Below are positions 62,422 to 64,000 of a DNA stretch of 64,000 nt, piece by piece. Both the position numbers and the translations under genes were made by a program. This DNA is from Candidatus Poseidoniales archaeon. Lineage in GTDB: Archaea > Thermoplasmatota > Poseidoniia > Poseidoniales > Poseidoniaceae. The stretch spans positions 8,479-72,478 of the forward strand of contig JAYOTG010000009.1 of NCBI GenBank assembly GCA_038150305.1. The letters run 5' to 3'. Below the pieces are notes generated by a model. That model worked only from the letters and a program-made list of their open reading frames with translations. It searched no databases and was not told where the DNA came from. How positions within the stretch are numbered: position 1 is the stretch's first letter; the number at the start of each line of letters is the position of its first letter.

Positions 62422-64000
62422 ATGGAACGGGGGGACGGCATCCCTTGGCATACCATCGAAACGGACGATGTTGTGAACCAGCTGGAATCCAGCCCAGACG
62501 GTCTCACCGACGCGCAAGTCTTCGACTTGCGCGAACGCCACGGCTTCAACCGATTGACATCTCAATCGCGCGACCCTGCATGGCTCCGCTTTCTGAACCA
62601 GTACAACGACCCGCTGAATTTTCTCCTGATTGGTGCGGCGTTGCTCGCCCTCGCACTTCACCCGGACAAACCAGGTGACGCGATTTTCATCTTCATCGTC
62701 CTCACCGCCAACGCCGCGTTTGGCTTCTGGCAGGAAGGGAAAGCCGAGGAGGCGGTTGAGCGGCTCAAATCCAGCGCGGTCAGCCAATGTGTTGTGGTTC
62801 GAGGCGGCAAGGACATCGAAATTCCTGCGGACATGCTGCTGCCTGGTGACCTTGTTCGACTCGAGGAAGGTCAGAAAATTCCGGCAGACGTTCGCCTCAT
62901 GTCGATCATGCAGTTCACGGTGGATGAATCTGCGCTCACGGGCGAATCCATTCCAAGAAAGAAGACCGCAGATGCCCTCCCAGAAGATCTGCTGCTCGCC
63001 GAGCGTGACAACATGGCCTACATGGGCACCACGGTGTCCACCGGGCGCGGTCATGGGATGGTGGTGGCCATTGGCATGGACACCCAATTGGGTCACATCG
63101 CATCAGACATTCAGGAGGCAGAGCCTCCCAAGACGCCGCTTGAATTAAAACTGGAATCCCTTGGTCGATTCCTTGGTTTCATCGCGCTGCTGGTGGCTGT
63201 CGTCATCGTCGGTGTCGAACTCGGTAAGGCGATCATCGATGGACAAAGCGATCTGTTCTCGGTCGTGGTCGACCAGTTCATCGTGGCGATTGCCATCTTC
63301 GTGGCCATTGTTCCTGAAGGGCTGCCCATCATTCTCATCATCACGCTCTCTCTAGGCATGCGAAACATGGCCCGTCACCGCGCCATCATCCGCCAGATGA
63401 AAGCCGTCGAAACCCTTGGTTCAACCACGGTCATTTGTTCGGACAAAACAGGAACGTTGACCACGAATCAGATGACCGTGAAGGCCTTGGCCACCTACGA
63501 CGCAACGTATGACGTCGGCGGTGAGGGGTACAAACCCACGGGCTCGCTCAAGTCAAACGGCGAAACCCTCGGAGAGGAATCGATGGCTTCCCTCCAACGT
63601 GAGAAGCCGTTCAGGTTGCTCGCCGCGGGCCTCTCGCTGTCACACAACGCTGTCGTGCAGGAATCAGATGGCGTGTGGTCAGCCATCGGTGACCCCACCG
63701 ACGCGGCCTGTGCTGTTGCAGGTTGGAAGTTAAACGGCGACGTGACCAAGTTCGCCTCGCTTCACCCACGCCTGCATGAACAGGTCTTCGACAGCGTCCG
63801 CAAGCGCATGTCCACCGTTCATGAATACGAAGGTGAGCGCTGGCTTTTCGTCAAGGGTGCGACCTCCTCCGTGCTCCCGCTGTGCAGTCATCGCTTCGAC
63901 GGCAACGATTCGGTCGCTTTTGGTGAAGAGGAAGCCCTTGGTTACCGTAACCGCGTTGGCGCCCTGGCGGACCGAGCCATGCGCGTCATCACCTTCGCCG
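62422..64000 (+). CDS. P-type ATPase, type IIA/Ca2+-like (3' end runs off the window)
   Basis: This ORF is not in the supplied track because it is open-ended. My translation gives DESALTGES, PEGLP and ICSDKTGTLTTNQM (phosphorylation site). In-frame alternative ATGs exist at 62380 and 62404. Confidence 0.9.
   Translation, partial: MERGDGIPWHTIETDDVVNQLESSPDGLTDAQVFDLRERHGFNRLTSQSRDPAWLRFLNQYNDPLNFLLIGAALLALALHPDKPGDAIFIFIVLTANAAFGFWQEGKAEEAVERLKSSAVSQCVVVRGGKDIEIPADMLLPGDLVRLEEGQKIPADVRLMSIMQFTVDESALTGESIPRKKTADALPEDLLLAERDNMAYMGTTVSTGRGHGMVVAIGMDTQLGHIASDIQEAEPPKTPLELKLESLGRFLGFIALLVAVVIVGVELGKAIIDGQSDLFSVVVDQFIVAIAIFVAIVPEGLPIILIITLSLGMRNMARHRAIIRQMKAVETLGSTTVICSDKTGTLTTNQMTVKALATYDATYDVGGEGYKPTGSLKSNGETLGEESMASLQREKPFRLLAAGLSLSHNAVVQESDGVWSAIGDPTDAACAVAGWKLNGDVTKFASLHPRLHEQVFDSVRKRMSTVHEYEGERWLFVKGATSSVLPLCSHRFDGNDSVAFGEEEALGYRNRVGALADRAMRVITFA

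Noticed and set aside
62311-63096. 261-aa minus-strand ORF downstream of the OPT gene
   Set aside because: It overlaps the 5' half of a plus-strand P-type ATPase. That ATPase is missing from the ORF track because it runs off the window, and it contains TGES, PEGLP and DKTGTLT motifs.
1-64000. Mobile elements, prophage, defence islands or CRISPR-Cas
   Set aside because: I recognised no integrase, transposase, terminal inverted repeats, tRNA-adjacent junctions, cas genes or restriction-modification signatures in any frame.

Overview
GC-rich, very tightly packed archaeal chromosomal segment. I call about 59 protein genes and recognise no rRNA, tRNA, CRISPR array, transposase or integrase. Many neighbouring genes share ATGA/GTGA start-stop overlaps, and several convergent gene pairs overlap. 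Archaeal identity rests on the exosome operon (Rrp4-Rrp41-Rrp42-L37ae-Pcc1-like-prefoldin beta), proteasome alpha plus Sdo1, S12-S7-aEF-2, TiaS, TrmY, RFC large subunit, SRP54, archaeal-type GlyRS and ProRS, and Lhr. The gene content is reminiscent of marine planktonic Thermoplasmatota (MGII-like): giant secreted lectin/LamG/TSP3 proteins, an OPT peptide transporter, an archaeosortase-like gene and a split transketolase. That taxonomic call is only a guess. A dispersed isoprenoid-lipid gene set spans about 9.4-22.2 kb. It comprises a UbiD-type decarboxylase-TPR-Nudix operon, isopentenyl phosphate kinase followed by an IDI(type 1)-GGPP synthase fusion, and a thiolase with an atypical DUF35-like partner. 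The most system-like unexplained loci are these. (1) A MamK-like actin co-oriented with a double zinc-ribbon protein (22.2-24.3 kb). (2) An archaeosortase-family gene next to a 1183-aa lectin/LamG/TSP3 type-I membrane protein, with a second secreted YHYH protein that carries a sortase-style C-terminus. (3) A 1762-aa Lhr helicase with a long repeated C-terminal region. (4) A Walker-A-lysine-less RecA/KaiC-like mini-protein embedded among small membrane proteins. The very long ORFs antisense to real genes are treated as GC-driven shadow ORFs. All family assignments come from reading motifs by eye and from memory of reference sequences; no searches were run.
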